The notes under the pieces were generated by a model. The model was given only the letters and a program-made list of their open reading frames with translations, did no database searches and was not told the origin of the DNA. Positions 25,762-36,789 of a DNA stretch of 64,000 nt are shown here, piece after piece. Each line of letters begins with the position of its first letter. The stretch's first letter is position 1. The position numbers were made by a program, and so were the translations under genes. Source of the stretch: Heptranchias perlo (Eukaryota); the NCBI RefSeq assembly GCF_035084215.1, contig NW_027138407.1, positions 1,178,001-1,242,000 on the forward strand, in the 5' to 3' direction.

Positions 25762-25838
25762 TTACTGTGGTGCTGGGTATAGACAAGGGGGATATTGTTA
25801 TTTGGATGGACCCGGGACAGTGGTGACCGTCACAGCCG
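25762..25838 (+). CDS. NAR-TCR J segment YCGAGYRQGGYCYLDGPGTVVTVTA
   Basis: IgNAR-like DGxGT-V-TV motif; phase-1 GTAAGT donor in frame with the supporting V exon. Confidence 0.9.
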
Positions 25839-26879
25839 GTAAGTGACTCCAAACCGCGCCGTGTTACAAACTGTCCAGGTTAATATTCAACTTCAATTTA
25901 TTATTGTGATCGGTATCACCTCAATCCCCTTCAACGTAAAACACAGCGGTTTTATAAGGGGACATTTCCATTGCAGTTTTCTATTGGGGACTAGAATATG
26001 AACCGGGGGAAGAGGTGTGAGAGCCCCACGGAACAGGCTTGACCCCATCTGGACCATCACTGGTTTAACGGGGGCTTTGGGGATCCCATGAACATCCCGG
26101 ACTCTTTCTCACTCTGATCCCCAGTAGGTGTTGTAAATGAGCACAGATTGTCGACACTCCGGCCTCTGCTCTCGGTGTGAACTGTAACTGAGGGAGCTCT
26201 GCCTGTCCCCGTGAACACGTGAGAGGCTACAGAGCTCTCTCCTGGGCAGCAGATTGCAGTCCGAGCTGGGCAGTGTGAATGAGGTACCGGTCGAGTAAAC
26301 CCAACACTACAGCGGCCCATCCGATAACTGCAGCGGCAGAAAAGCTGGAGCATAACACAGACAGAAGAGATCCGCTGTCGGTCGAGATGGCATTTCATGA
26401 TTGGACACCCAGTGATTGAAATTAATTGCATTTTAGCGAATATTTATTTCAATTCCCTTCAAATAAACAGTCATTTTTCTCCATGTTCCAGGTTTAAGTC
26501 GAAATTTGAAAGCCTCGAACTACAGACACTTTTCTATTTTTAATATCAGTGTTTGAGAGATCGGTTTGCATTAATTTACCTGGAGCCTTGGTTAATGTTC
26601 ATTGAAACAACATTGGGCAGTGAGAGAGTGAGTGCGAGGCGCAAATGTTCTTATAAAGGAGAACAGGAAGAACCGAGGGAACAAATACAGGCTGGAGAAA
26701 AGTCCATTTAGAACCACCAAGAAATAACTCACTGAAAGGGAGTGAAATATCGCCCATTGGGGGCAAGTGGGAATGTGGAGACACCGACCCCTGGGCCGTT
26801 CAAAGTACAATCCGGCACCGGTGGACTTAGATTTACCAGAGGGATGGGTTTCGATTGGGATCCGGTACTTTTCTCAGCT

Positions 26880-27390
26880 TTGCATTTCTTATACTCCTGA
26901 GAAAAGACATCAGCAGCAATCCACACCTATCTGGAAAGATTGAACAGGCCGGGGCTCTTTTCTCTGGAAAAGAGAAGAGTACGAAGAGACCTGATAAGAG
27001 GTCTTTAAAATTATGAAAATATTCGATAGGGTGGATGTGGAGAGGTCGTTTCCACTGGTGGGTGAGGCCAGAACAAGGGGCCAAAAATGTAACATAGTCG
27101 CTAACAGCTAAAATAAAGTATTAGCAGAAATGTATTTGCACAGAGAGCGATGAGAATGTGGAACGTGCTGCCACATTGAATAGTTGAAGCAGATAAGATT
27201 GACCCACTTAAGTTGAGGCATGATGTGTACATGAGGGAGAAAGGAATAGAGAGATAGCTGGGGAGAGAGGGTGGCGGGGTTCAGCGGGGAAGCCATAATT
27301 CGAGTTGGTGGAGGCTCTTTTGGAATATAAACACCGGCATAGACCAGCTGGGCCGAATGGCGTGTTTCTATTCTGCAGATTCTGTACAGT
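26880..27390 (+). mobile_element. CR1-type LINE 3' remnant
   Basis: LFSLEKRR..DLIEVFKIM-like sequence and CR1 3'UTR. Confidence 0.65.
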
Positions 27391-28442
27391 GTGAAACTCA
27401 GAGAAACTCAGTCCAGAGAACCGGGGACAGAATCAACCAATGGTTTGAAGGAATTGACATTGTTAGAGTTCAGGAAGAGACAGTTCCCAGTGAGTAAAAC
27501 CAAAGCGGAAACTGCACAGACTGATCCCACCAATAAATGAGAGAATTTGGGACAAGCTCTCGGGATGGCGGGAAAACACAAACAGGAGAAAGTGAGTGAC
27601 CCCGATGTAGAAATAAAATTAAACTAATTGGAAATAACTCCCATTAAAGTGAAATTGACAAATGGGCCCCATTGAGGGAAGAAATTAGGCAAATAGAGCG
27701 AGCAGCGGACAAGAGCTCCCGTGAAGTACGAAACTGCAGTTCAATTCTGACCTGTGACCCAAAGATGGTCAGTGCCAGTTTGGCTCAATCGGTGCCGATG
27801 TTCTGTCCAAGTTCAAAGATTTGTGTCGGACATGCTCCGGCCCACATTCCTCTCACAACAAAGTCCACCGATAAAGAATCTCACTGCTTTCATTTGGATC
27901 TTGCTGTGCGCAGTGAAACAGAACACAGTCGGGCTCCTCTCGGTACAACATTATTGTAAAATAATTGTCTCAGGGTGGAGGAGAATGGATTGTTCAAATG
28001 TCTCTTCGGGTTCGTCATTCACCAAGAAAAATAGAAGCAGAAATTTAATAGAAATCATTGAATCATACAGCATAGAAGGAGGCAATTGGGCCCATCATGT
28101 ATGTACCGGTTCTTTGAAAGAGGTTTCCAATTAGTCCCACTCCCCTGCGCTTTCACCCACAGCAGAGCACATTTTTCCTTTTCAAATATTTATCCAATTC
28201 TCCGTTGAAAGATACCATCGAATCTGCTCCCACCACCCTTTCAGGCACTGCATTCCAGATCATAACAACTCGCTGCGTAAACCAAATTCTCCTCTGGTAC
28301 TTTTCCCAATGAAAGTGAATAAATTTCGAACAGGCTTCAAATGAAGAACAACATTCCCGCTAGAGGCAGAACTAATCATGTGATTAACAAGTGTCTAAAC
28401 AGCAGCTAAAGAAATACTAATCCCCCAATTTTTATCCTGCAG

Positions 28443-28753
28443 ATTCCAGTTTATCGATGTCCCAGAGCCCGCCTCGACAAACCTCTGCTGCCGGTGACAC
28501 CGTTACTTTAAGCTGCGAATTTTCAGGGGTCTGTCCGTACACAGTACACTGGTACAGTCAGTCCCCAGGGCAGGCTCCGAAATACCTCCTACAGAGACAC
28601 ACTTCAGGAGCGGGGAATAATGAAAACGCTGCCGGGGGCCGAATTTCTGCTACTATCGATTCTGTCAAGAAAATCAGCCGGTTAAGCATCTCCAAACTAC
28701 AACCGAGTGACTCCGCTGTGTATCACTGTGCTGTGAGTGTGCGCACCGATACA
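28443..28753 (+). CDS. Leaderless NAR-TCR-supporting V-delta exon
   Basis: tcctgcag acceptor; DSSLSMSQSPP..TLSCEFSGVCPYTVHWYSQSPGQAPKYLLQR..DSAVYHCAVS; extra CDR1 Cys; no leader exon seen upstream. Confidence 0.92.
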
Positions 28754-28793
28754 CACAGTAGTTTGAGTCTGCTTAAGTGCTCGTACAATAACC
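28754..28793 (+). other. RSS of supporting V (24-bp spacer)
   Basis: CACAGTA, 24 bp, ACAATAACC. Confidence 0.85.
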
Positions 28794-29060
28794 TCCCACC
28801 AACTCAGAACGGTACAACAACATTCTCAACAAGCCCCGGGGAAGGCCCAGTTACAATCAAGCAACGGTTACCCCCGGAGCGTTACCGTTTTACATTCTGT
28901 TCATTTTGCAATTTTATTTCCCCTGGATATTTATTGCTGTGTTCACATTGCGGGAACGCCCCAAGACCGCTGGTGAATAAAGATATGCCATTAAGCTTAC
29001 CAATCCTATCCTTTTTGAACAAGATGATCAGTTGCTGGGAGATGTGGAGGAGAATCCAAG

Positions 29061-29151
29061 CGATCTTGTTATTGGGTTCAACTGTGATTAACATACGGAG
29101 ACAAAGAAAACCTCACGTTTTGGAATGGAGACAGGCTGATTGTGGAACCCA
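29061..29151 (+). pseudogene. J segment 1 (LTYGDKENLTFWNGDRLIVEP), ORF or pseudo
   Basis: FGxG changed to FWNG; RSS CGATCTTGT-10 bp-AACTGTG; intact GTAAGT donor. Confidence 0.75.
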
Positions 29152-29265
29152 GTAAGTACCTACTCCCGACTTGGATTTCTCAACTTTTTCCCTATTTTAC
29201 ATGTAATGGTTTCAAATTGGACTCAATCAAGACTCAGAGTCGCACAGTTATATTTTTATATAATA

Positions 29266-29327
29266 GAGTATGGGCGGGGTGATAAGCTAACATTTGGAAC
29301 CGGGGACCATATTGATTGTGCAACGGA
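29266..29327 (+). pseudogene. Pseudo-J 2 (EYGRGDKLTFGTG, frameshift, then TILIVQR)
   Basis: KLTFGTG motif followed by an extra G; no donor and no RSS. Confidence 0.75.
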
Positions 29328-29606
29328 ATGTGGAGATTTGGGTCTTCTTTATCTCAATTCAGGGCGATTTAGTAGATGATGCAAAGTTAGGGTCAATTCC
29401 ATAAACTGATATCCAGTCCTTAGCACGAACACACAAGTATGTGCTGGAGGGAGATGTTTCACTGAACTCTGTGTGTAATGGCGAAAGGCAATTAAGCCAC
29501 ACTTCTAAAGATATCCAATTAGTAATTCAGCAAGATGAGGCCACAGTTGAAGCCTCTGGTGCTTCTTTTAAGCTGCAGTCCAGACAGTTACAGCGCTTCT
29601 GGAACA

Positions 29607-29700
29607 GGTTTCTGCCTGTTCAGCTGTTAATGGGCAGGATATTGGAATACCACCACTAAACTAATATTCGTAAGTGAGGCCAGAATTATTTTACAACAGG
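29607..29700 (+). pseudogene. Pseudo-J 3 (WNTTTKLIFVSEARIILQQ)
   Basis: GGTTTCTGC-12-TAATGGG (dead heptamer); FGxG changed to FVSE; GTAAGT donor at 29701. Confidence 0.65.
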
Positions 29701-29925
29701 GTAAGTAAAATATAAGGACATTGTATCGTTCTTCCCTCTTGGTGAATATTGTTGGAGAGACCAGGTACCTATTATTAAATCGCGGTTAAGATAATTTTCC
29801 CCATTAACGTGGGTCTGCGGTACCCAGTTCGCTTTTCCAACAACCTGTCCTCTTTCTGGAGCAATGCGCATGAATCAGACCTCGTGGCGCAGAAAGGGTT
29901 TTACAGCTGGGTACTTATCACTGTG

Positions 29926-29987
29926 TGGATTAGTGTATGCTGCTAAACTAACATTCGGAGACGGAACTGAAGTGCTTGTAAAGCCAA
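29926..29987 (+). CDS. TRDJ: J segment 4 GLVYAAKLTFGDGTEVLVKP, functional-looking
   Basis: FGDG motif; CACTGTG at 29919-29925 with GGTTTTACA 13 bp upstream; phase-1 GTAAGT donor. Confidence 0.9.
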
Positions 29988-31069
29988 GTAAGTCACATTT
30001 AATCAAATTACACTTCCTTTTGAAACAGTAAAAGATTCATGGCATCAGGTATCTGCTAACCTTTGGTGGACGAGCTCGGTCGCGATTTTTAGAAAGAAAT
30101 AAAGAATTCCATTGATATAGCGCCTTTCGCGACCTCAGGACGTCTGAAGCTGCTTTACTGTTGTAACGTACGAAATGCGGCAGACATTTTGAGCACAGAA
30201 AGCTTTCCAAAGAGCAAAGTGATAACGACCAGATAATCAGATAGTTTACCCTTCGATATCAGATGCAATTTTCCAGCGATTGTGCGCGAGTATACATTAT
30301 TTCCATAAAGATAACAAATTGGATGCAATTTGACAGGTTTACTCGTTCCGTATTACCGCGAGGGAAAGGAAACCAGCGGTGGCTTCAGTGTCTGCCGAAT
30401 CATTCCAGAAGTTGCTTGTTGAATCATTATTCCAGGATTAATAAAGGGGGCTTAAATCATTGCATGCAGCAATCATATTTGAGACGTTGTGTTGTGTTCC
30501 CATTCATTTGGTGCAGGGTATGCAGAAACTTGCACCTGTTCACAGATAGGCTCTTGTTTTGAAATTTAACACTGTGTTTAGCGATGGGTGTACAGATGTT
30601 CTGATGATGGAATATAAAGTTGAGTAAGTTGAAATAGCCCATGTCTTATACACATTAATTGCAAAAGAACCAATAATCTGGATTCACAGATCATTGTGTG
30701 CCGATATATTGCGATCAATGTACGTTTAGATATTATGGGGTGCATTTTTCTCGCAAAAGCCAACCTTACACAAGCACAACTAATCCGCAAAAGACAAATT
30801 GTTCGATCCCGAGAATTATGGTGGTCCATGAAATTAAACCAGTAATCTACATTTGCTGAAAGAAAACTGGAAGTCATATTTTCAAGTTAGGGAACTAGAG
30901 TCAGTGGATTAAGAAATAACGTTTGCCACGTTATATAAGGATTTGAGCAACTAAAATCCATTTAAGGCGAGTAAGAGTCATCAATTTAAAATAGCCCCTA
31001 AGGGGTAGGAGATGAGAGACATTTCTGAACACGGAGAGTTATTGGAAAATGGGATTCGTTTGAATGTAG

Positions 31070-31410
31070 AATGGTTGAGGGGTTTAAGATAATTAAAGGA
31101 TTTGATAGGGTAGATAGAGAAAATCTAATTCCTCTGGTGGGGGAGTCCAGAACAAGAGGGCAAAACCTTAAAATTAGAGCCAGGCCGTTCAGGGGTGATG
31201 TCAGGGAGCACTTCATCACACAAATGGCAGTCGAAATCTAGACCTCTCTCCACGAAAAACTGTTGAGGCTGGGGGTCAATTGAAAATTTCAAAGCTGAGA
31301 TTGATAGATGTTGTTAGGCAAGGGTAATAAGGGTTACGGAACCAAGCGGGGAGATGGAGTTAAGATACAAATGAGCCATGATCTAATTGAATGGCGGATC
31401 AGCCTCGAGT
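31070..31410 (+). mobile_element. CR1-type LINE 3' remnant in the J-C intron
   Basis: Similar to 2400-2750. Confidence 0.7.
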
Positions 31411-31532
31411 GGCAGCTTTTCTTTAAATATGTGTGGACTATTATTTTATTGTCAGTCATTTATTGATGTATCGCTCTGTGCTCACATTGATGAATTCTGA
31501 ATAATTTACCCGTTCTGTTCTTCAATTTTCAG

Positions 31533-31853
31533 AGGACAAAACTCCAAAAGAGCCAACCGTGTCGGTCTTTTACCCGCCCGTGATTCAAAGACGGGACGGG
31601 GAGAGTACTGACACGGCGGCGGTATGTTTGGTATCGGAATTCTCTCCCAAAGAGATTGGGCTCTTCATGGATACAACCACTGTCCCAAAGACCGATGTCA
31701 CGAGATCCAGTCACTTATTAAACAACGGGTATTACAGGAGCTCGGGGTTCCTCTCTTTCAATTCATCCAAACATTCAGTAAATGTCACGTGTGAGGCAAA
31801 ACACAGGGCTCGATCTTTCTACGCAAAAAGCTACAGCCAGGTTTCTGCATCCG
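31533..31853 (+). CDS. TRDC: TCR delta constant region, Ig exon
   Basis: KDKTPKEPTVSVFYP..TAAVCLVSEFSPKEI..VTRSSHLLNNGYYRSSGFLSF..VNVTCEAKH; canonical phase-1 splice sites; matches my recollection of shark C-delta. Confidence 0.9.
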
Positions 31854-31879
31854 GTGAGTAATAAAATATTTCATGAATA

Positions 31880-32340
31880 AAGAACTTGAATTTATAAAGC
31901 GCCTTTTTGAGGTCTCGGGAATTCCCAAAGCGCTTTACAGCCAATGAAGTAGTGTTTGAAGTCTCGTCACTGCTGTAATGTAGGGTAATACAACAGCCAT
32001 TATGCGCACAGCGAGATCCCACAAACAAAGCAATGTGATAATGACCAGTTCATCTGTTCTTGTGACGTTCGTTCAGGGGTCAATATAGACCGGGGCACTG
32101 AGGAGAACACACTTGCTCTTCTTCGAAATACCATGGGGTCTTTCAGGTCCACCAGTGAGGGCAAACGGGGCCTCGGTTAAACATCTCATCCGAAAGACGG
32201 CACCTCCTATAGTGCAGCGCTCTCACAATGCTGGCACTGGCAGTGTCTGTCTGGATAATGGTCTCAAGTCTCTGGAGTGGGATTTTAACCCACAATCTTC
32301 TGATTCAGAAGCTAGATTGCTGCCAATGAGTCTTGGCATG
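31880..32340 (-). mobile_element. Deu-domain SINE
   Basis: Reverse complement of the 975-1425 family. Confidence 0.7.
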
Positions 32341-32516
32341 CTCAATTCTCCAAGTCCGACTGTAATTAATAAAACGGCTAAAGAATCAATACTACAGCTT
32401 TTTTACTACTTCCTCCATTACTACTGCTAATAACGATAACAATAAGTGATAGTAATGACAACAAAAGCAACAACAAAGTAACTTACTCAATAAAGCATTT
32501 AAATGTTTGTTCGCAG

Positions 32517-32588
32517 GCCCCGGCAGAAAGCCTGATTGTGGAAAACGTTCAAATAATTTCAGAGCAGGGACGAATGACGCCCAAACAG
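32517..32588 (+). CDS. TRDC: TCR delta connecting-peptide exon
   Basis: GPGRKPDCGKRSNNFRAGTNDAQT with the interchain Cys; AG/GT phase 1. Confidence 0.88.
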
Positions 32589-32806
32589 GTCAGTACCTTA
32601 TTTTAAATATGTTCAGGTAAAGGCAGAAAGACGGACAGAAATAGGGAGAGATAGATCGATACATGGACATAGATAGTTGTATAATAACCAGCCAGCTGGA
32701 TAGATGAGCAATACATTCCAATTTTGTGGTGCAGACATATTTATTTCAGTTAAATACAGTGGGTTTGTTTAACCAAATCAACGCTTTAATTTGATAATTG
32801 TTACAG

Positions 32807-32916
32807 ATCTACCGAGGGTGAATTTTCTGTCTTTGACAGTGTTAGGATTGAGAGTTCTCTTTTTTAAGAGCGTTGCCTTCAGTGTCCTGCTGACGGCCAG
32901 AGTGTGGTTATTTTAA
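32807..32916 (+). CDS. TRDC: TCR delta transmembrane exon
   Basis: DLPRVNFLSLTVLGLRVLFFKSVAFSVLLTARVWLF*; Arg and Lys CD3-contact residues of TCR alpha/delta; donor after the stop. Confidence 0.95.
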
Positions 32917-33509
32917 GGTAAGATTGATCACCTCAATGCACATGCAGAGTATAATTTGTTATTAACAATATTGTTAGCAATGATCTTGGCAATCAATAAA
33001 GTAAATCTCTCGATTCCCATTCCTATCACCGGCGGCCGACCGCAACGGCACTCTTAAAACAGACACTGAAAATAGTCTCGTGCTATTTGGGTGTAAAATG
33101 CAACTTCGGCGGGGGCGCAAAATGGCGGGTTGAGTTTTGGCCTCAGCTTCTGCACCCTGTCCGATTTTCCGTTGCCTTGTAGTATAATGATCAACCGATC
33201 CCTCTACTGCCCATTTTGCGACCCATCGACGTTGAATTGTAGTCCCTATGTCTTCTGAAACTTGTCCAGATTTGGAACATTTCTAATGTATTTCTGTGCC
33301 ACATTAGATTTGCCAAGTTCATCATCAATAAATGCGCTCATGCCGTTATCAATCTATTTATTTTCTGTTGCACCTCTTCATTGCTTGAATATCCAGTTTT
33401 AAAACAAGATTCCCACACTTCCACATATTACTCCAGTTGAGACCCAAACAACGCTTTGCACAAGTGCGTCATCAGCTACTTGGGATGATGAGTCCCCTTG
33501 TTTAGCATA

Positions 33510-33875
33510 ATCTTGTGCTCAAATCCTTCCATGACCTCGCACCTCCCCATCTCCATAACGTCCTTCACCCGTACAAGCCTCCGAGAACTCTGTATCCTTC
33601 CAATTCCCTCCTCTTGTGTATTCACCACTTCCTTCGCCTCACCATTGGCGGCCGTGCCTTTAGCTGCCTAGATCCTCCATAAAGCTCACCGCCTCTCCAT
33701 ATCTCCACTCCTTGAAGATAGTTCTCAATACCTGCCTCTTTGACCAAACTTGTCGTCACTGACCTTATATCTCCTTATGTTTCAAATTTTGTTTGGAAAC
33801 ACTGCTGTCAAGCGCCTTGGTACGTTTTACTACGTTAAAGGCGCTGTATAAATGAAAGTTGCTGCTGTTGTTGTT
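33510..33875 (+). mobile_element. L2-type LINE 3' end (also about 44310-44865, 53480-54020, 63470-64000)
   Basis: Conserved tail ..AAGCGCCTTGG..TAAAGGCGCT.TATAAATG.AAGTTG(TTG)n. Confidence 0.7.
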
Positions 33876-34314
33876 ACAGCGTAATTTCTGTCATTGACCC
33901 TGCTTTTAAATATCTGTCTATCTCTGGCCCCTGGATCTCTCGGTTTGTTTGCTTGATTGCAACTCGGCTTATGTTTCCAGACTCGATTATTTTCCCCCAA
34001 ACATGTTCGAGCTCACACAGATCCACGGTGAGCTCCCTTTGCCATATATCTCCCCTCTCTTCCAAACGGCGCAAGTCCTCCTGCAATCTGCCCCATTTTT
34101 CCTCCATTTCCCCACCCCCAAAATTATAAGGTCAGCAAATTTGATATCTCCTTCACGCCCATATCCAAATCAAGCGTGTCTATGAATAACAAGAGCGGGA
34201 CAAGCACCAAATGTACTCACATCCCACCAGCCACATTTTCTTCAGCTGAAAAAACATTAACTACCTGCACTCTATTAATTTCTAACCTTCAGCCATTTCT
34301 GAGGACAGATTGCG

Positions 34315-35540
34315 TAAACATGGCCTGTATTCCACTGAGTATAGAAGACTGAGAATTGATCTGTGTGAATTCTCAAAAATGTTAAAAGCAGTCGAATAGG
34401 GGAGATGCAGATAAACTATTCATCTGGTGGGGGAATCAATATCGAGGCGAAATAATCTTACAATTAGAGCCAGGCAATTTAAGAGGGAAATCAGGAAGCA
34501 TTTTTTCACACAAATTGTAGTAAAAATCTGAAATTCTCTCTCCCAAAAGGCTGTGGATGTTAGGGAACAATTGAGCTCTCAAAGCTGAGATAGGCAGTTT
34601 TTTTGTTAGACAGGGATATCAAATGATATGGAGCGGAGGTTGGAAAATAGCGTTGGACCTCAGATCAGACGTGATCTCATTGAATAGCGGCGCAGGCTCG
34701 ATGGGTTGAATGACCTTTTCCTGTTCCTCATGTTCCTATGTTCGGTACGAGCCCACAACGCCCTGGTACAGAATTCAGGTGCCATCTGTATTTACAGGTT
34801 GCAATGTAAAATCAATTTAAAGAGATTGCAACGCTACACCTTTATGGCCCTGAGTCAAATCCTGGGCCTCGCTACCAATCAGCATATGAGAGCCTCTTAA
34901 CCACGTGGGCGGCAGCGCTTCAATCAAAATCCCCACCCTCACTTCTCTTGGGCTGCTCATGATAGGCAAGAGATGCTATCCGTGCCAGCGATGCGCATAT
35001 GCCGAGATTTTGTTTTAGAAAAAAATGCATTGCTACAGTGGAATGAGAAAAAATGCACAGGAAATGTTGACATAGCAACTTCCAATGGTAATTAGATACC
35101 TATCAGGAAAAGCTGAACAGGCTGGGCCTCTTTTCTCTGGAAAACAGAAGGCTGAGGGTGACCTGATCGAGGTCTTCAGGACTGTGAAAGTGGTTGATAG
35201 GTTACACGTAGAGAATATGTTTCCACTCGTGAGGGAGACCAAATCGAGGGGCCATAAATAAAAGATAGTCACCAACAAATCCAATAGGGTATTCAGTAGA
35301 AAATACTTTACCCCGAGAACTTGCAACTCGCTATCACGTGGAATATTTGAGGCAAATAGCACAGATGCATTTAAAGTGAAGCTCGATAAGTTCATGAGGG
35401 AACAAGGAATGGAAGGATGTGTTGATAGGCTGAGATGAAGACATGTGGGAGAAGGCTCGTGTCTAGCAGAAACACAGACATGGAACAGTTGGGCCGAATG
35501 GCCTGTTTCTTTCCTGTACATTCTGTGTAATTCTATGCAT
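34315..35540 (+). mobile_element. Two CR1-type LINE 3' remnants in the last C-delta intron
   Basis: CR1 C-terminal and 3'UTR motifs at about 34315-34745 and 35100-35540. Confidence 0.65.
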
Positions 35541-35718
35541 AACAGAGGCAAGCCATGTGCATGCGTTAAGCGTTTGAGTATATGCACGGCAGAATTTTCC
35601 AAGGTGGAGAGTTAAAGACTGAAATACGTTCAACATCTAAATCCGCTCTTTTCACGTGCACTGTTCGATGTCACTGCTTGTAGTCCACTGATTACATCTG
35701 GTGCTTTTATTCAAATAG

Positions 35719-36655
35719 GAATTCTCTCCGATGAAATGGATTCCAGCGTGAGCACAACCCACTGGGAATTCAGAGCCCGAGACATCGAGTTCAACTGACT
35801 CAATTTACTTCAGTTCAATATCACAGGTGTTAAACGGCTAATTCTCTGCTCCTGCCACTGTTAAACCTTCTCCTTCAGAAAACTTTTGTCCAATTTCTGT
35901 GATATATTGATTTTATAGTCATTGTTTTGTACAATGCTCATTGCATATATTAGGAAAACAAATTGATCACATGCATGAAAATCGTCGATTTTTTAAGTAG
36001 AGTTCAAAATTATATTTTTATGCTTGAATTAGTCAATAGAAATTTTCAAAATATCACCTTAGCTTCCAATAATTACATGCATTTCTTAGAATCATGGAAT
36101 CTTGCAGCACAGACTGAGGGCATCTGGCCCATCGTGCCTGTGCCGGCACTTTAAAAGACCGATCCGATTAGGTCACCCTGCTCTTTCCCCAAACACCTGC
36201 AAATGTTTGGTTTTCTCTGAAAGTTATTGAAAATGCAGTTTGCTTTTATTTTCTATCATTTAAAAGCGCCAGATGCATTTCTTTGACAAAATCTGTCTGC
36301 ATTAGAAGCAAAGCATTCAACTCAAGAGTTGTGTCTGAATTGAAACCAGGAAGGCTAGTTTTAAAATATCCCGTAGCTATTCTCTCGTTCGGGATTTAAT
36401 GTCACTCTTTCTTTTCCATTTTGGAGGGAGATTTTCTCTGGTCGCCTCGCATTAGGACCGTGGTAAACGAGGAGAAAAGTTACACTCTATTCGCGATTGG
36501 CGGCTCTTTTGCTCTACTGTAATCGTTTTCTCCTTGATTTTTGGGTTTTACTGCAATTAATTAACAATACTTTTGGTAATTTTAATGATGCGCGGTTTCA
36601 AATTTTTGTCTGCTTGTACCACAATATGAATAAAGCTTTTAGTTTTGTTCAAAAT
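35719..36655 (+). other. TRDC: Probable 3'UTR exon of C-delta
   Basis: ttttattcaaatag acceptor, largely unique sequence, AATAAA at 36629-36634. Confidence 0.5.
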
Positions 36656-36789
36656 ATGGAATGAGCGATCCTTTCTCCTTGAATTTTAAGGGGAACTTTG
36701 GGGTTCTCTAATGTAAAGTTATTTTACGACACAAAAGTCTCCGGCGCTCGATCAGTCACCAGGTTTATTTTTTCCATTGGGTGTATTTT

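Noticed and set aside
24684-25838. IgNAR heavy-chain cluster
   Set aside because: Single D, FR1 Cys, and the J splices toward a leaderless TCR V and C-delta; no IgNAR C exons
28935-28950. Possible D between supporting V and J1 (TGCTGTG-TT-CACATTG)
   Set aside because: 2-nt core and no nonamer at 12 or 23 bp on either side
28457-29155. 232-aa ORF as a germline-joined V-J exon
   Set aside because: It reads through an intact RSS and intergenic DNA, and crosses J1 in the wrong frame
29460-29520. Possible fifth J remnant (CTCTGTG..NGERQLSH)
   Set aside because: No FGxG, donor or nonamer; too degenerate to support
31533-32916. TCR alpha constant region
   Set aside because: The Ig exon resembles shark C-delta and the connecting peptide lacks the alpha FETDxxLN motif
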